A stretch of DNA of 64,000 bases from Eledone cirrhosa (GCA_964016885.1 OZ024743.1:224130001-224194000); one strand, 5' to 3'. Counted from the stretch's first letter, positions 1 to 16,719 are shown. Notes: a model not told the origin generated them from the sequence alone. A program made the numbers and translations.

Positions 1-128
1 CTAAATACTTTAAGGCTAGTAGTAACAGTCATACTATAAAAATGCACAATACATGGAAATAGTTTTAAATTTACCTTAACACGCTTCCAGATCGCTGGGC
101 TTGTTTTCCGGCATATTGTTTTATCCCT

Positions 129-1285
<1,157 letters not shown>

Positions 1286-1671
1286 TAATTAGTTAGTTAA
1301 GTCCTGCAAATTTGCATTCTAGCTAAGAGATTAAAAGAACGGTAGCCAACCTCCGACCCGTTTGATTTTCTGAATAGCATGTGTTATTTCAAAATTGCCT
1401 TGAATCTTTTAGTAGTGTGGCCTGCCCTTTGATGAGCCACATCCTATGCGACCCACTACTCGAAAAGTGTTGCGCATGCCTACTTAAAATACGTACGCAC
1501 ACCATTATGTGTGTGGGGGGGGCGTATGTGTGTGTGCGTGTGTGTGTGTGTTTGTGTGCGTGTGTGTGTGTTGCATGCATGTAGATGTGTGTTTGTTTAG
1601 CGTACAAGCACACACACACAAGACAACACAACTGACATACCCACATACCCAACGATAACGTTATTTTAAAC

Positions 1672-2150
1672 ATATGTGGCTCGGTCGTTAATGTTCGGCT
1701 CACGATCGTAACGTCGTGGATTCGATTCCCGGACCGAGAGGAGCGGTGTATCTTTGAGCAAGGCATTATATTTCATGCTTGGATTGGCAGTATCGGTGGA
1801 GGGTCGGACGCCATGCTTTGCAGCATAGAGTTACGGCCCTTTATGATCTGAGTTCAAATCCCGCCGAGGTTAACTTTGCCTTTCATCCTTACGGGGTCGA
1901 TAAAATAAAGTACCAGTAATGCACTGGGATAATTACTGGCCTTGTGCCTAAAGTAGAAATAATTATATTTCATGCTGCACCATTCCACTCAGCTGGAAAA
2001 AATGCGTTGCATCTGTAATTCAAGGGGCCTACCTTGTCAGACATTATCTCATGCTGAATTTCCCTCACAACTACGTTAAGGGTTACGTTACGTCTATGTG
2101 GAATACTCAACCACTTACACGTTAATTTCATGGAAACAACGGAGGTCTAA
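1672..2150 (+). mobile_element. tRNA-headed CORE-like SINE interrupted by a nested SINE
   Basis: Head TGGCTCGGTCGTTAA...GGATTCGATTCCC, then CTTTGAGCAAGGCA. Tail is similar to 21530-21640. Confidence 0.65.
1780..1961 (+). mobile_element. SINE family A (tRNA head + GCCTTTCATCCTTACGGGGTCGATAAAAT Nin/Deu-like core), nested insertion
   Basis: 15-bp TSD ATTATATTTCATGCT at 1765-1779 and 1962-1976; many copies in the window. Confidence 0.9.
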
Positions 2151-2232
2151 CAAAACACACACACACAAACACATACACACACGCGCGCGCGCACACACTT
2201 GTATTGCCTCGGGAACGTAACCGTATTATGTA

Positions 2233-2318
2233 ATGAAGCTGTCTGATGAGATCATGGCACTGGTTGCGCGGAATCGCGTGGCCACTGTCGTCATTGAAAT
2301 ATGTATCACAACCTTATC
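2233..2318 (+). ncRNA. Type-I hammerhead ribozyme with long stem II
   Basis: CTGATGA at 2243; stem II TGGTTGCGCG-GAAT-CGCGTGGCCA; GAAA at 2296; ATATGTAT stem III; AUC triplet; imperfect stem I. Confidence 0.75.
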
Positions 2319-2438
2319 ATAAAGGACTTTAACATCTGCAACTACTTCGCATGTTCTTATTCTAAATATACTCCGTCATTCCTATGTGGAAAAAGTACGT
2401 AGAGTGCTTGTATTGAATTGCATCAATATTTACCCAAA

Positions 2439-2490
<52 letters not shown>

Positions 2491-2541
2491 AGATATATAC
2501 AATATATTAATAAATGGAAACTATATTTATAAAACCATATT

Positions 2542-2607
2542 TATTTTATTATACATATTTCAAGGGCCACCAAGGCAAATTATGGTGCGCTTTCATTAGA
2601 TAAAATA
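2542..2607 (-). ncRNA. Hammerhead ribozyme at the 3' end (pLTR) of the Naiad-like PLE, core mutated (CUAAUGA)
   Basis: Minus strand TATTTTAT-CTAATGA-AAG..CACCA..TGGTG..CTT-GAAA-TATGTA-TA-ATAAAATA; 8-bp stem I; same sense as ORF 3917-5698. Confidence 0.7.
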
Positions 2608-3916
2608 CAGATTTGTTTTATAAATAAATATTGACATACCCGGAAAAAAAAGACAACCTTAACGGTTGGAGCTTCCTGGATAGTGGAGATATTACATTTA
2701 TTGAGGGTGATAGAAAATTATGATTGAGTATGCAAATGAGTGTCCGAAAGGTTGAAAAGATAACGGTTTATTTAAATTAAACTGTTGGAAGAAGGTGATA
2801 TGTGAGGGGGACAGAAAAAAGAATAAAGAAAAAAAAGAATAAAGAAATGAGAAAAAAAATAGGAGAGTAAAGAAAGAACGATTATATATATTTTGACAGT
2901 GAAAATAGCGTGCATGAAGAGAAGAGCGTAAGTATATTTAAGTGAGGAAAGGGAATAGTTTCAAAGGATAAATATAGTGAGGGAAGAAATGAAGAAAAGA
3001 ATAAATGAGAATAGCGTGGAAGAATAGTATTTATAATGTAGGATTCATTATGTTTTGATTATATTTATAATGATAGGTTGAAAAATTTAGATAAAAATTA
3101 AAAATTAAAATGTAATAATGTGTATGTTAAGGATTATAGATTATTTAAATAAATATATATTATTATTTTACATTAGAGCAAATCTAGTATAGTTTATTTT
3201 ATGTTGTAAGTTGTAAGTCAAAGATTTTAAACATCCAAATAATTCTAAATTTATGGAAAATTTTCGAGAGTTTACAAAATAATAACCACTTAGTTATATT
3301 ATAAAAACAGTAAGGAAGCGTAAAGGAAGTTATATGTGATTTTTTTTTTTTTAAAGTGATTTTTTAAGAACTCAGATGACTCTAAGGATTAAATGCTATA
3401 AAGTTAAGAAGTTAAATTTTCTATCTTAAGAATATAATTAAAAAATGAACCATATGTTATTTTATACGAAGTCATAAATTTACTTGCTATAAAGTTAAAA
3501 CATTTAAAAAAATTTATCTTACGAATATATTTAAAGCATAAACCATAGGTTACTCCACATATATATAAAAAATCATGTTTTTCCACATATATATAAACAT
3601 TTGGATATATATATTAAAAACGTTTGAAAATATAAGAATATAAAAATATAACAATATAAAAATATTGGAAGGTATAAAAATAATGGTTTTTCTATATCTT
3701 TCAAAGGAATTTTCAAAAGATTTTCTAAAACCTTTCCGTAAGTTTTTCGAGAAAAAATTTTCCTTAAAGGAGTTTCAAGCAGTCATATAAAGGAATTTTA
3801 TAATCTATCGATAGGTGTAATAATATATATGTGAAGTAGAGATATTAGAAAGTAAAATAAGTATATGAATCATATATAGATATAGAAGACAATATGTAAA
3901 AGAGATAAATCGTATA

Positions 3917-5755
<1,839 letters not shown>

Positions 5756-6169
5756 CGTATGTATGTTAGATGTAGACAGCGTTACCTATGGGACTCGAAC
5801 TCACTCCTGATGTGTGATGGGATGCTGTGGTACAGGTTACATCAAAGAAGACTGATACATTTTCCTGTTATTTTAAGCCTCATCTTTTCGGTCAGCACGT
5901 AAATAAACAGGCAATGCTGTCCACTTGTTTCCGTTTCTATGGACTAATATGCTCAACTTATTATGAAGCTGTTTTCTAGAATTCACAAATGGTTCAATAT
6001 TTCTAAAAAAATATGCATGAGAGTCCAATAGGTAAGTTTTTTTTTAATGTTCATGCTTTCTCTTATGGGATTTTAATTTAACTACTGATTTGCAGACTAG
6101 TCTACAGATTAGATATAAGAGAGGAAGGAATGTTATATAAAGTAACTGGTATGTTAGATCGAGACTTTA

Positions 6170-6600
6170 CCATTGCTCTCAATTCTTTTAGATGATTCAG
6201 TTTATTTCATTAATTGTTATGACTTTAGAGCAAGCAAATCTCCGTTCATTGCGATTCAATGCAGTTTTTTCAAATGTTTCTGGAGCAATATTGTGGCAGA
6301 GGTATTGTTTCCCAAGTCAAGAAGGAGAGCGCCTTTATTCAGTAACTCCAGAAGAGAGAGAAGATAGGGATTCAGAAAATGAGATTTGATGGCAACGCCT
6401 ATACCTAATAGTCATGGAGCTTGCTCGCTTCTACCGATCCAGAAAAAAGTGTATCCTCCACCAATATATTCCAGTTCAGAAGCAGCTGCAAGACGAGTTT
6501 CACTCAGTTTAGAAATGTCAATGTTATATTTATACAGAACATGCGATATTATTGCTAGGTTCCATTCTGGAGTGGAATGTACGGACATTCCACGAACCAC
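6170..6600 (-). mobile_element. Decayed LINE APE endonuclease N-terminal fragment (RTE-like)
   Basis: YNIDISKLSETRL...GGGYTFFWIGR. Confidence 0.75.
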
Positions 6601-6934
6601 CGTTTAATTTTCTGTTAAATTTTGTACTGCAGTACTGCAGCTACATCAAGCTACCAAGTTAGAGATGTGAGCAAGTAATGCCTGGGACTACTTTTATCTC
6701 CCCCTTCTCGGTATAGGGAAAGCTGTGCTGTTTCTAAATAGATCTGCTTTGGCACCATTGGAGGACACGGACTATACATTGCCTAAGGTTTTGTGCGTGA
6801 ACAGTTGTCACACAATGACCATCACTTTGTAGAGCCCTAGCTAGAAACCAACAGTAATATCCTGTCACCTTAACTCTGTCACCATGTTTACTTGTTTTTG
6901 GTGGAAAAGGGAATTGGAGAAGTAATATTATATA

Positions 6935-8590
6935 TTTCTTTATTTGCCACACGGGCGCACAAGAAAAGGGGACAATACAAAGACACATGCCGGGGATTTT
7001 ACATACAGTCGTGTAAAAATATTATTAAAACAAACAAATTTAACAATCGAAATACCCAATAGAGGGAGGCGTTACAAATTGGTTCTTTAATACCCCGTTG
7101 ATAGAACAACCCTCAACTTCAGGAGCGTGTTGTGCAAGTGCTCCTTTCTTCCTTTTGCTCTCTTCTTCAACCTTCAGGTTTATATACAAAGCAGGCCCAA
7201 TCACTCGGGCCATTTTTGCTACATTCCCCCACCTTTCAGTAAATTTAATGGGGTGCAGTGCCTCTCTCTTCTCTCTGATTCTCCTTCTAAAGTGGTACCT
7301 AAAGAAGGGAATGAGTTGTTGTCCGGAGAGAAAGGCATCTGTCCTCAGTCCTCTCAATCTCGTCCACCATATAACCTCTTTCACCATAGCCACTATACAG
7401 AGGAAAACCGCCTCTCTTTCGTTTTTGAAAGAGGTTGGCGGTTTGATCCTTACTATGGACTCGGCAGTCAACTGGATTTGTCCCATACGCGACAGCAGTT
7501 GTTCTGCGTAGTTTCACAGGTCATTTACGCCCGGGTAGTGTACAATTGCGTGCAAGACGGTTTCAATGTCCTGCTCGCGTCTTGGACACGTCCTCTTGGA
7601 AGGATCCCTGCCGGGGCGTTCGTGCCTGTAGATCTTGTCTCAAACTGGTAGAGCTCCTCGGTAGCACTGCCAGGTCAGGGACCTCTGGAAGTTGTCCATA
7701 GGTCCCGGACGGAAAGTCCTACCAAACAGACTGATGAGCTCGTTGTCTTCGACGCCCAGAGTCTCTCCGAGCACGTCGTCGCCATTGTGACGTACTAACC
7801 CTCAATAGAATGTCGAAGTGGAGTCTCCACTGATTGCTGTGCCCGCTTGACAGGACTGTGAGCGCCTGAGCGCATTCAATGTGCCAGGCACCCATCTTCT
7901 TCGGTCTCCGCTTGACCCAGGATTGCAGCTCCGTCAGAGAGACAATTTGCGGGAAGGCCTGTCTCACAAACGGTGCCCACACCGGTTGGTCGGTGAGGAA
8001 TACCTGGAGATGCCATAGCCTCAGCACATGTTTGCGCATTATCAGCCACGGCATTCCCAGCCCTCCGTTGGAGGGGTGCTGGGAGCAGACGGATCTCCTC
8101 ACCAGTGGAGCCTGCTTCTTCCAAAGGAACTGGAAGAGCATGTGTGCCATCTTAGTGGGAACAAGGCATGGCGGTCAAGCGGTAGTAGATGACGGACGCT
8201 ATGAAAGTGTTTGCTACCTCCGCTCAACCTTTCAAGGATAGTTTGCACTCTGCCCACTTCTGGGTGAGCGCAAATACCTTGGCCGTGACCTCGTTCCAGT
8301 TTTTCTCCACCTGGAGGTCCGGACCGAACTAGACCCCGAGCAATTTCACCGGTCCTTCCATCCAGCGTCCGTCGACGCTGTCGAACGGCATCGGTTTGCC
8401 CCTCCACGTTCCGGGTTGCAAACCGACAGACTTGTCCAGGTTCAGTTTTGCTCCTGTGAGCCTTTCGTATTCCTGCAGTATGTTGCCGATCACCCCGATT
8501 TCCGAGTTTTTCGACACCATTACTGTCACGTCGTCGGCATAAGCCGACGCCACTTTCCGCAGTCGCGGTTCCAACGGGATGCCTGCAGTA
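6935..8590 (-). mobile_element. Tx1/L1-clade LINE 3' part (RT C-terminus, 3' UTR), frameshifted
   Basis: ASAYADDVTV, GAKLNLDKS, GGLGMP, LTAESIV; the 3' end is repeated at 16830-17260. Confidence 0.85.
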
Positions 8591-8615
8591 ATATTATAGC
8601 TGATAATACAGATTA

Positions 8616-9420
8616 CACTGTGTAACACGATTTTTGTCCTTGTGCAGCAACTATTATTTTCTATTTGCTTATGCCTAGAAAGTATGAAAAATGGCTAATA
8701 TTTCCTTAAAACTTTGCTTTTATAGCCATGATAATGATATTTCTAGATTTACCTAATCCCATTAGGAAAACTGCAAAATGTGAACATTTTCCTTCAAGCA
8801 AAGTTGGAATAAAATGGCATATGATTCAGAAAGTAGCATTTATTTATTCTAGGATTACACAAAAAAACTTAGAAGTGAGTGGGTTTTCGGGATTTACAAC
8901 TTAAGCGGCAAATTGCTTTCACGAATCAGCCCCCATTATGTTTTCATTATATGATCCATGGTAGTGACATTCAAAGTCAAGTATATTCTGGTGGAAGCGC
9001 TCCCTTTGATCCTCAGAGTATGCTACCATGTTCCCCTTGAATTTATCAAGATGAGCGTCAAGGATATGTACTTTGAGGGACATCTTGCAACCCATTTTGC
9101 CGAAGTTCTTCACCAGGGTCTCAATAAGCTCCACATAATTTTCCGCCTTGCGATACCCCAGGAAGCCCTAAACCACTGCAACAAAGCTGTTCCACGCTGA
9201 CTCCTCTGCCTTGGTGAACTTTTGGGGGAATTCTTGGCGCTCCATGATCTTCCATATTTGTGGTCCGACGAAGACACCGGCTTTCACTTTTGCCGCAGAC
9301 AGCTTAGAGAAGTCTCGAAGATACTTGAAGGCTGCCTACTTCTTATCTAAAGCTGTGACAAACTGTTTCATAAGACCCAATTTTAAGTGAAGTGGTGGGA
9401 ACAATGCCTTCCGTGGATCA
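8616..9420 (-). mobile_element. Chapaev3-like (CMC) DNA transposon 3' remnant
   Basis: GCKMSLKVHILDAHLDKF..YSEDQRERFHQ motif; CACTG terminus at 8616. Confidence 0.7.
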
Positions 9421-10431
9421 ACTGGTGGTTGTACAAGTCGCAAAAGCAAAGTTAGGGGAGAATAACAGTCTTTTCCTGTGCTTTGAAGGCAGAAGAAAGC
9501 AGGAAATAGCACCTATTGACCAAAGACAAAAAAAAGTAAAATTGTTGTTACATAGTGTTATTTGTTTTCAGTTGTGAATGTGTGTGTAGGACAAGCCACA
9601 TTTTCTGGATAATGTTGATAGCAGAATGCTAGTGCAAATACTTGCCACAAACTCAATGAACAACATATCTCTTTTCTTTTTTTTTAAAGTTCTCCATCTG
9701 GCTTAGAGTCCAACCCATCCTAATAGGCTAAATGCACGCCTGGGTACCAAACCTGAACGTAATTTCAATACTGGACGTACCGTTATCCAGGATTTAAAGA
9801 AATATTATTTCAAAGAAAGTGAAATTATTTTTTAAATAGTATTTCAATACTGGACAAGCGTGTCCTACTGTTTTGCTTTGAAAATAAAGTTAAGTGATTT
9901 AAAGAAACATTATTTCAATATCGAGGGCTCTGGGTTGAGGTAATAATTTTGATGTCTACGCCTGCACTTCATGTGAGTGGATAGCTTCACCAGTACTCTT
10001 CTACCCACTAAAGCTCCCACGTCTGGCTCCTATTGTCATACTCTGATTGACCGCGTCAGCTGATGGACTAAACGACGTGAGGTGATGATGTTGGCATATC
10101 ACTGAGCGAATAAATTTCTCTGTCTTAAGTGCCGTTTGTCTATGATAAGACCAAACCACCTATTTGGAAGATATCAGAGTTGGTCAAGTCTGGAGAGGAA
10201 TGGGCTCTGCCGAGCTGTATTTGCCAAAGATATGCTGCAAAGCTGCACCTACATGAACCTGATGAGTAGTAGCAAGGAAACGTGAAGTGAAGGGATATAT
10301 AAACTAGCAATCCTGCCAAGTCTATTTGGTATGAAGGGTGACTTATACATACATATTTATACATACACACACACATACATATATATTATATATATATATA
10401 TGTGTGTGTGGGGGTGTAAAAGGTAGACAGA

Positions 10432-10650
10432 CATGGTTTCTTATGTAGGCACAAGGCCAACAATTTGGGGGGAGGGGAAAGTCGATTAAATCGACCCCAG
10501 TGCGTGACTGGTACTTTATTTTATCGACCCCGTAAAGATGAAAGGCAAAGTTAACCTCCGCGGTATTTGAACTCAGATTATAAAGGGTCGTAACTCTTTG
10601 CTGCAAAGCAAGGCGTCAGACCCTCTACCGATACTGCCAATCCACCGCCC
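10432..10650 (-). mobile_element. SINE family A copy
   Basis: Reverse complement of the family core; 17-bp TSD TGTAAAAGGTAGACAGA at 10415 and 10651. Confidence 0.9.
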
Positions 10651-11023
<373 letters not shown>

Positions 11024-11820
11024 CCTGTGAGTGTTTGTTATTTAATTCCGTTGAATTATTTTTACCGTTTCAAGGGTGATGGAAGCGCCCATACACTAGA
11101 AATTATATTAAAAAGTAATTGACGTTTATGGGATAATCAATCTAGCTGTTTCGATAATACTTCTCAAGGTGTCGAGCTAATAAAGTCAAAATGAAATGTG
11201 AGTGAACTCTGTTGAAATGGTAATCAAATTAAAATCGCAACAAAATTTTACAACGGTCAACGAGTGATAAAAAAAATCGATGTAGAGTTAGCGTTGATGG
11301 ATTTACATGATAATAACGGTGATAGCGAAAACAATTTGTTAGGAGATGAAGTGAGAATGTTAAATATTTTATGAATAGAATGTTTTAACAATGGTTTCTA
11401 ATGTAGGCCACAAGAACAGGAATTTGAATGACGATTAAATTGATTAAATCAACCACAGTACTTGACAAGTATTTTATTTTATCGACCTCGGAAGAATGAA
11501 AGGCAACGTTGATTTTGACGGAATTTGAACTCAGAACCTAATGAATAGGAAAAATTAACACAAAACATTTTGTCCGACACTTTAACGATCTTTCCAATCA
11601 CCAGCCCTTGGAATGCTACAATAATAATTCGTAAATTCACAAGTGAATACAATCCCAGATCTGAAGATATCGACCATTGTTAGTGGAGGGAGGAGATGGT
11701 AGGTTCGGTAAATTTATATGGTTTAATTTTTCTATGGATGCAATTCGGGATCGTTCCTGAATGGCTATTTAGTATTGGAATGTTATCAAAAAGGTTACGG
11801 GACCTGTCCATGATGTAAAT

Positions 11821-12168
11821 CAGAGGTTCTCAAAGTGGACGCTACCGCCCCACCCCCTGGGAGGGAGGGGGAAGAAAGTTCGGGGCGCCGTTGGACCTAA
11901 AGGGGTGATGAGGGGTGGGGTGGTATAAATGGTATAATAGTATATTAGATATCAAATGATACATATATATAAATATAGTAAAATAAAAAATGTTATATTT
12001 ATTTATACATAGTATATATATTTATTATATATAAATTAAAGATTTTATTTATTATATACTATTTACAATTTGCGTGTAGGAAGGTCTCTTTGGAAATAGG
12101 GTTGGGGATGCTGATGGTATTACGTGGCTGTGAGGGGGATGGTAGCCACAAAATTTTGAGAACCTCTG
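11821..12168. mobile_element. hAT-type MITE
   Basis: TIRs CAGAGGTTCTCAAA / TTTGAGAACCTCTG; 8-bp TSD ATGTAAAT / ATGTAAAG. Confidence 0.9.
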
Positions 12169-12999
12169 ATGTAAAGAATAGAGATTATTATCCTTCAAAT
12201 GCTTTAGCTCTAAAAAAAAGTATATTCGATTTAACGACCAAATTTATGAAGCCAACGTTTTGTTTTTCTTCTTTGCTCCTGGTGGAATTTCTAAAGGAAT
12301 TTGTGCGGGATTAAAATATTGATTTAAACGGGTTTGATGTTTCACTGCTATCTGCTTTAAAGTTTTTAATTGAGACTAAACATTGATACGCGATATACCA
12401 GTTAGATTCCAGGAACAGGGAGGAGGCAGCTGCTGGTGTCAGATCAGTTGTTTGGGAACGTGTTGTTGTTTGCTGTTTTTGTTGGTAAATTACGGTCAAA
12501 ATTTGTGATAGTGGAATATTAAATCATTAAAAGTCTGATAAGAATGAAATTTGGAAGAGATGAAGGTGGTGTCAGCGTCCTTGTTAAAACAAAAATTACC
12601 TTTATAGTTTTGGATCCTTTTCGAGCTCAAAAGAGCTTGTTCAGAGGAAAGCTTGTTCAGAGGAAAGATGGATTACTGTTAGTAACATCAGACGACATGT
12701 GGCATTGGTAAAGGCTTTGATGGTAACAAAGACGGTTTGATGTTCAAAGAAAATATTGATGATTCAAATCTTACAGCAAAGAATTTCAGTGAGGAAGAAA
12801 GAAATATGAATACCAGCAGTGAGAAGGAATTTTCAACGTTTGGAGATAGTGCTTTATCTTCACCTAATGTTATACTATTTTTGTATTTCATAAAATATCC
12901 TTGTGAAACATGGGTTCGTCTTATACAGAGCAGCGTCTTACACGCGAGCAAATATGAAATATTTATAATCAACTTATATTGCATTATTCTTTACTTGGA

Positions 13000-13190
13000 T
13001 GGTGGATTGGCAGTATCGGTAGAGCGTCAGACACAATTTTGTGCAGCATAGAGTTATGGCCCTTTATGTTCTGGGTTCAAATCCCGCAGAGGTTAACGTT
13101 GCCTGCCATCCTTACGGGGTCGATAAAATAAAGTACCAGTAAAGCACTGGGGTAATTGCTGGCCTTGTGCCAAAAGTAGAAACAATTATT
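13000..13190 (+). mobile_element. SINE family A copy
   Basis: Matches 1780-1961. Confidence 0.9.
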
Positions 13191-13292
13191 CATTTGTTGG
13201 TTTCGGTCATTTGACTGTGGCCATCATACTGAAATTTATTTTTGGTACTTATTTTATTGATTTTTTGTTTGCCGAACCACTAGATATATATA

Positions 13293-13327
<35 letters not shown>

Positions 13328-13636
13328 AACTCAGTTGTACGCACACGGTAAACAGCGAATGCCACGTGTTGTCCTTCCCCTCGCAAAAAACCCCAGTTGA
13401 TGGATGTTCAATCCGAAATATAGGGACTATTAAATCGCTTCCAAGATAACTCGTGTTATTATTTTTTACACTTTTCCTACGTTCTTTTACGCTCTCTGCG
13501 TCTCTTTCTACGCTTCCTCTTACATCTCTCTCTCATTACCACCTGATTCTGTTACCTGGAGATTTACCCATCTGCATTGTTGACGCTTCCAAAACGATAA
13601 TTTTTCTTAATCCACAATGAAGCAAACTTCAATACT

Positions 13637-13721
<85 letters not shown>

Positions 13722-13974
13722 TCGCTCTACATGGCTGAATACAATAAATGTAATCTGAGCTTTTCGAATATTAATAATAAGATTCGATTCGTTTGCAATT
13801 ATGCAAACAAGCCTCAATTTTATAGCCATGTCAGTAGAATGAACACTTCATTCTTGCTCCTGTGTTGGCATGCGAACAGAACTGCAGAGACTAATTATAC
13901 CCTTCATCAGTACACCTCACTGTTCACCTGTCAGATCTAGTGAAAATATATGCTATTTTCAAAAATACACAGTG

Positions 13975-14075
13975 ATTGATCGGCCTGATTTGCATATTAG
14001 CAGACTGGCTGATCAGTCAGATCTGCATATTAACAGATCCACTGGTCAGCCAGATTTGCATATCAGCAGACTGGC
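13975..14075. repeat. 33-bp minisatellite, 3 units
   Basis: TGATCRGYC(A/T)GATYTGCATAT(T/C)A(G/A)CAGA repeated three times. Confidence 0.8.
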
Positions 14076-14159
14076 CAAATTCAAATTGGTCCAAATTCAA
14101 ATTCAAATTGGTCCGAAACAGCTGAGTTTCGGTGGATCAGATATTAGCTGTTTCGGACC

Positions 14160-15379
14160 ATGCCAAAATCAACATACTGATTGCGGATTTGGTACGGGTG
14201 ATGAGAAACGTGTCCCGCATATGCAACCCCAAAGAACTAGAGAGATACATACAACACTTCATCCACCGTATGCAGTTCTCTGGTTACAACCAGAGAGATA
14301 AAATCAGAGTATATAGAGGAGCCTGAACCAAATGGGAAAAAATGGTAAATAATGACACAAATGGGACTGCCCCTTGTATAGGAGCAAATTTTGGAATAGA
14401 ATAGAAAGAACTAGGAATAAGGCTAATAGAATAAACTCATGGTATGATAGCAATAAATACCAGAGTGTAATGTTCATCGATACAACCCCTAGAGGTGAAT
14501 TAGCTTACAAATTTAGAAGGGCCCTAGATAAACATAAACTCAATATTAAGATAGTAGAAAGACCAGGTACCTCCATAAAAACATTTATTAGCAATACATA
14601 CCCTTTTCAAAGACCTGCCTGTATAGATAAGAAATGTATAATCTGTAAATTAAGCCCCCATATTAACTGTAAAACTAGAAATGTAGTAGATGTACTGAAG
14701 GACAATGTAGAGATAAAAATATAGTGTACATAGGTGAGACAGCTCGTAGTATAGGGGAACGGATAAATGAACACTGGCGAGACCTTCAAGATAGTAAAGA
14801 ATCATCTGTACTCTACCAACATGCTAAAATAGAACATAAAGGTAAATTAGAGAACATAGAAATAAAAATAGAATCTACACACAGAAAAGACGCAATGTTT
14901 AGACAAATCACAGAGGCAATAAACATAAATGAACTCCAATCAAAATTAAATAGAAAACATGAATTGAACAGCAACATCACAACTTACAATTAAGGACAAA
15001 ATGAAAACACACGCACATAGAACAAACAACCAACTAGTAACATGCAAATAAACAAATAAATAAATGAATATAAACACACACAGACACCCGGATGTAACAC
15101 ATGCGCAAACTAAGCACACAACACACACACAAAACAAGATGGCGTAGGACAGAACAAAGGAGAGGCACAAAAACAAAGAAAAGAATCCCCAGTCACTGAA
15201 GAGGTCACAGAATTGTGACGAAAGAACTTTGACAATATATGAACAATCGTCTGGTTGTGGAACCAACCAACCAACCGGAAATTTATAAATTCCTAAATTT
15301 ATAAATTTATTATAATAAATTGAAGTGAAAGCAAATGGTGCGTGTGTTTCTTATTGGCAACTTGACCCTCCCAAAGTAT

Positions 15380-15385
<6 letters not shown>
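14160..15385 (+). mobile_element. Penelope-like element (Neptune/Nematis-like) 3' fragment: thumb, Cys linker, GIY-YIG, 3' pLTR
   Basis: MQFSGY, VERPG, CxxxxCxxC, YIGETARSIGERINEH, RQITEA, LNRKHE; stops and frameshifts; HHR in the 3' UTR; ends in (TA)n. Confidence 0.85.
15192..15233 (+). ncRNA. Minimal type-I hammerhead ribozyme
   Basis: GTCA-CTGAAGA-G-GTCACA GAAT TGTGAC-GAAA-GAAC-TT-TGAC. Confidence 0.85.
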
Positions 15386-15478
<93 letters not shown>

Positions 15479-15485
15479 TACATAT

Positions 15486-15661
<176 letters not shown>

Positions 15662-15723
15662 CTTTGAGCACGTGTTGGTTGTTTACCGACACTTCAAAGT
15701 GTAAGTCAATATATATATATACA

Positions 15724-15822
15724 CAGGGTGTCCGAAAAATGTATACACACTTCAACAGCATTCTAATAAGTATTGCCTGTACAAGTAATCAAAGTGTGTA
15801 TACATTTTGGAGGGACACCCTA
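15724..15822. mobile_element. Tc1/mariner-type MITE (~100 bp)
   Basis: TIRs CAGGGTGTCCGAAAAATGTATACACACTT / AAGTGTGTATACATTTTGGAGGGACACCCT in TA context. Confidence 0.8.
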
Positions 15823-16420
15823 TATATATATTGCAGCAGCAGAGGTTCGACGAGCTTTTACTTCCAGAGTCAGGCCAGATCGATACAGATCGAACCTTGA
15901 GCTGATCAATAGCGAAACGCGCGTCACCAATCAATAAACGTAATGAAGGCTTATCAAATCGTCTTTGTCATATTATTATATTACACTCTGTCTAGCTCTA
16001 CACTTCGCCACTGACGTGAACCTAAACATCGAGTGCTCACCATGGGTGAACCTACCATTAGCTTCACGTTACACGCCATGGATATATTCTTCCCTACATG
16101 TTTCAGTCCTGGGTGTCCTTTTAGATCATGGATCACAGGCCTCGCGCACCAGGACTGAACAAAGTCCGATTCACAGTCTTCGTTCCTATTCCCCTCTTGG
16201 ACTCAACTCACCTCCCCAATTTCTCTAATACCCCGTCCATTATCGCACCCCTAGATTCCTATCGCTTTCTCTTGATCACTAGCAGCTTCTCTTACAACTA
16301 ATACATGCCGATACACACCCTTATATTAGCATACTTTTGCTCATAGCTTCGTACTTACATGCACACACACTCTTTTACTCACGTATACACACACATTTCT
16401 TCTTAGCTTCGTACGGACCT

Positions 16421-16463
<43 letters not shown>

Positions 16464-16683
16464 ATGCTTACACACGTGCTCAAGTATAGCTCTTTTTACA
16501 AAACGGCTTTTTTTTCATTTCAGATAGACGCGCGCCATCATCCATTTTTCTAAAAATACAAAACGCCAGCACCAACAGTTTTCCAAAAGATGTCAACATG
16601 AATGGACCTGTTCTTTTTATCTAAAGACATTTTTTCCAATTCTATCCCGCCCGTCCCCTCAATCTATTTTATTTCTCATTCTT

Positions 16684-16719
16684 TCTTCTGATGAAGGACT
16701 AGCGTCCGAAACGTTAAGA
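16684..16719 (+). ncRNA. Minimal type-I hammerhead ribozyme (36 nt) within element 16590-16807
   Basis: TCTT-CTGATGA-A-GGAC TAGC GTCC-GAAA-CG-TT-AAGA; palindromic AACGTT stem III. Confidence 0.85.

Noticed and set aside
10255-10295. CTGATGA...GAAACGTG as a hammerhead
   Set aside because: No stem I or stem II pairing, and G at the cleavage position.
12300-12950. Possible APE/LINE remnant
   Set aside because: Only a GGVSVLV-like motif; too decayed to call.
14324-14326. In-frame TGA as selenocysteine in the PLE fragment
   Set aside because: Not at a Cys-motif position, and the copy has other frameshifts and stops.
15890-15935. GCT..AGC-GAAA-CGCGCG-TC hammerhead 3' half
   Set aside because: Palindromic stem III is present but there is no CUGANGA core or stem I partner; at best a remnant.
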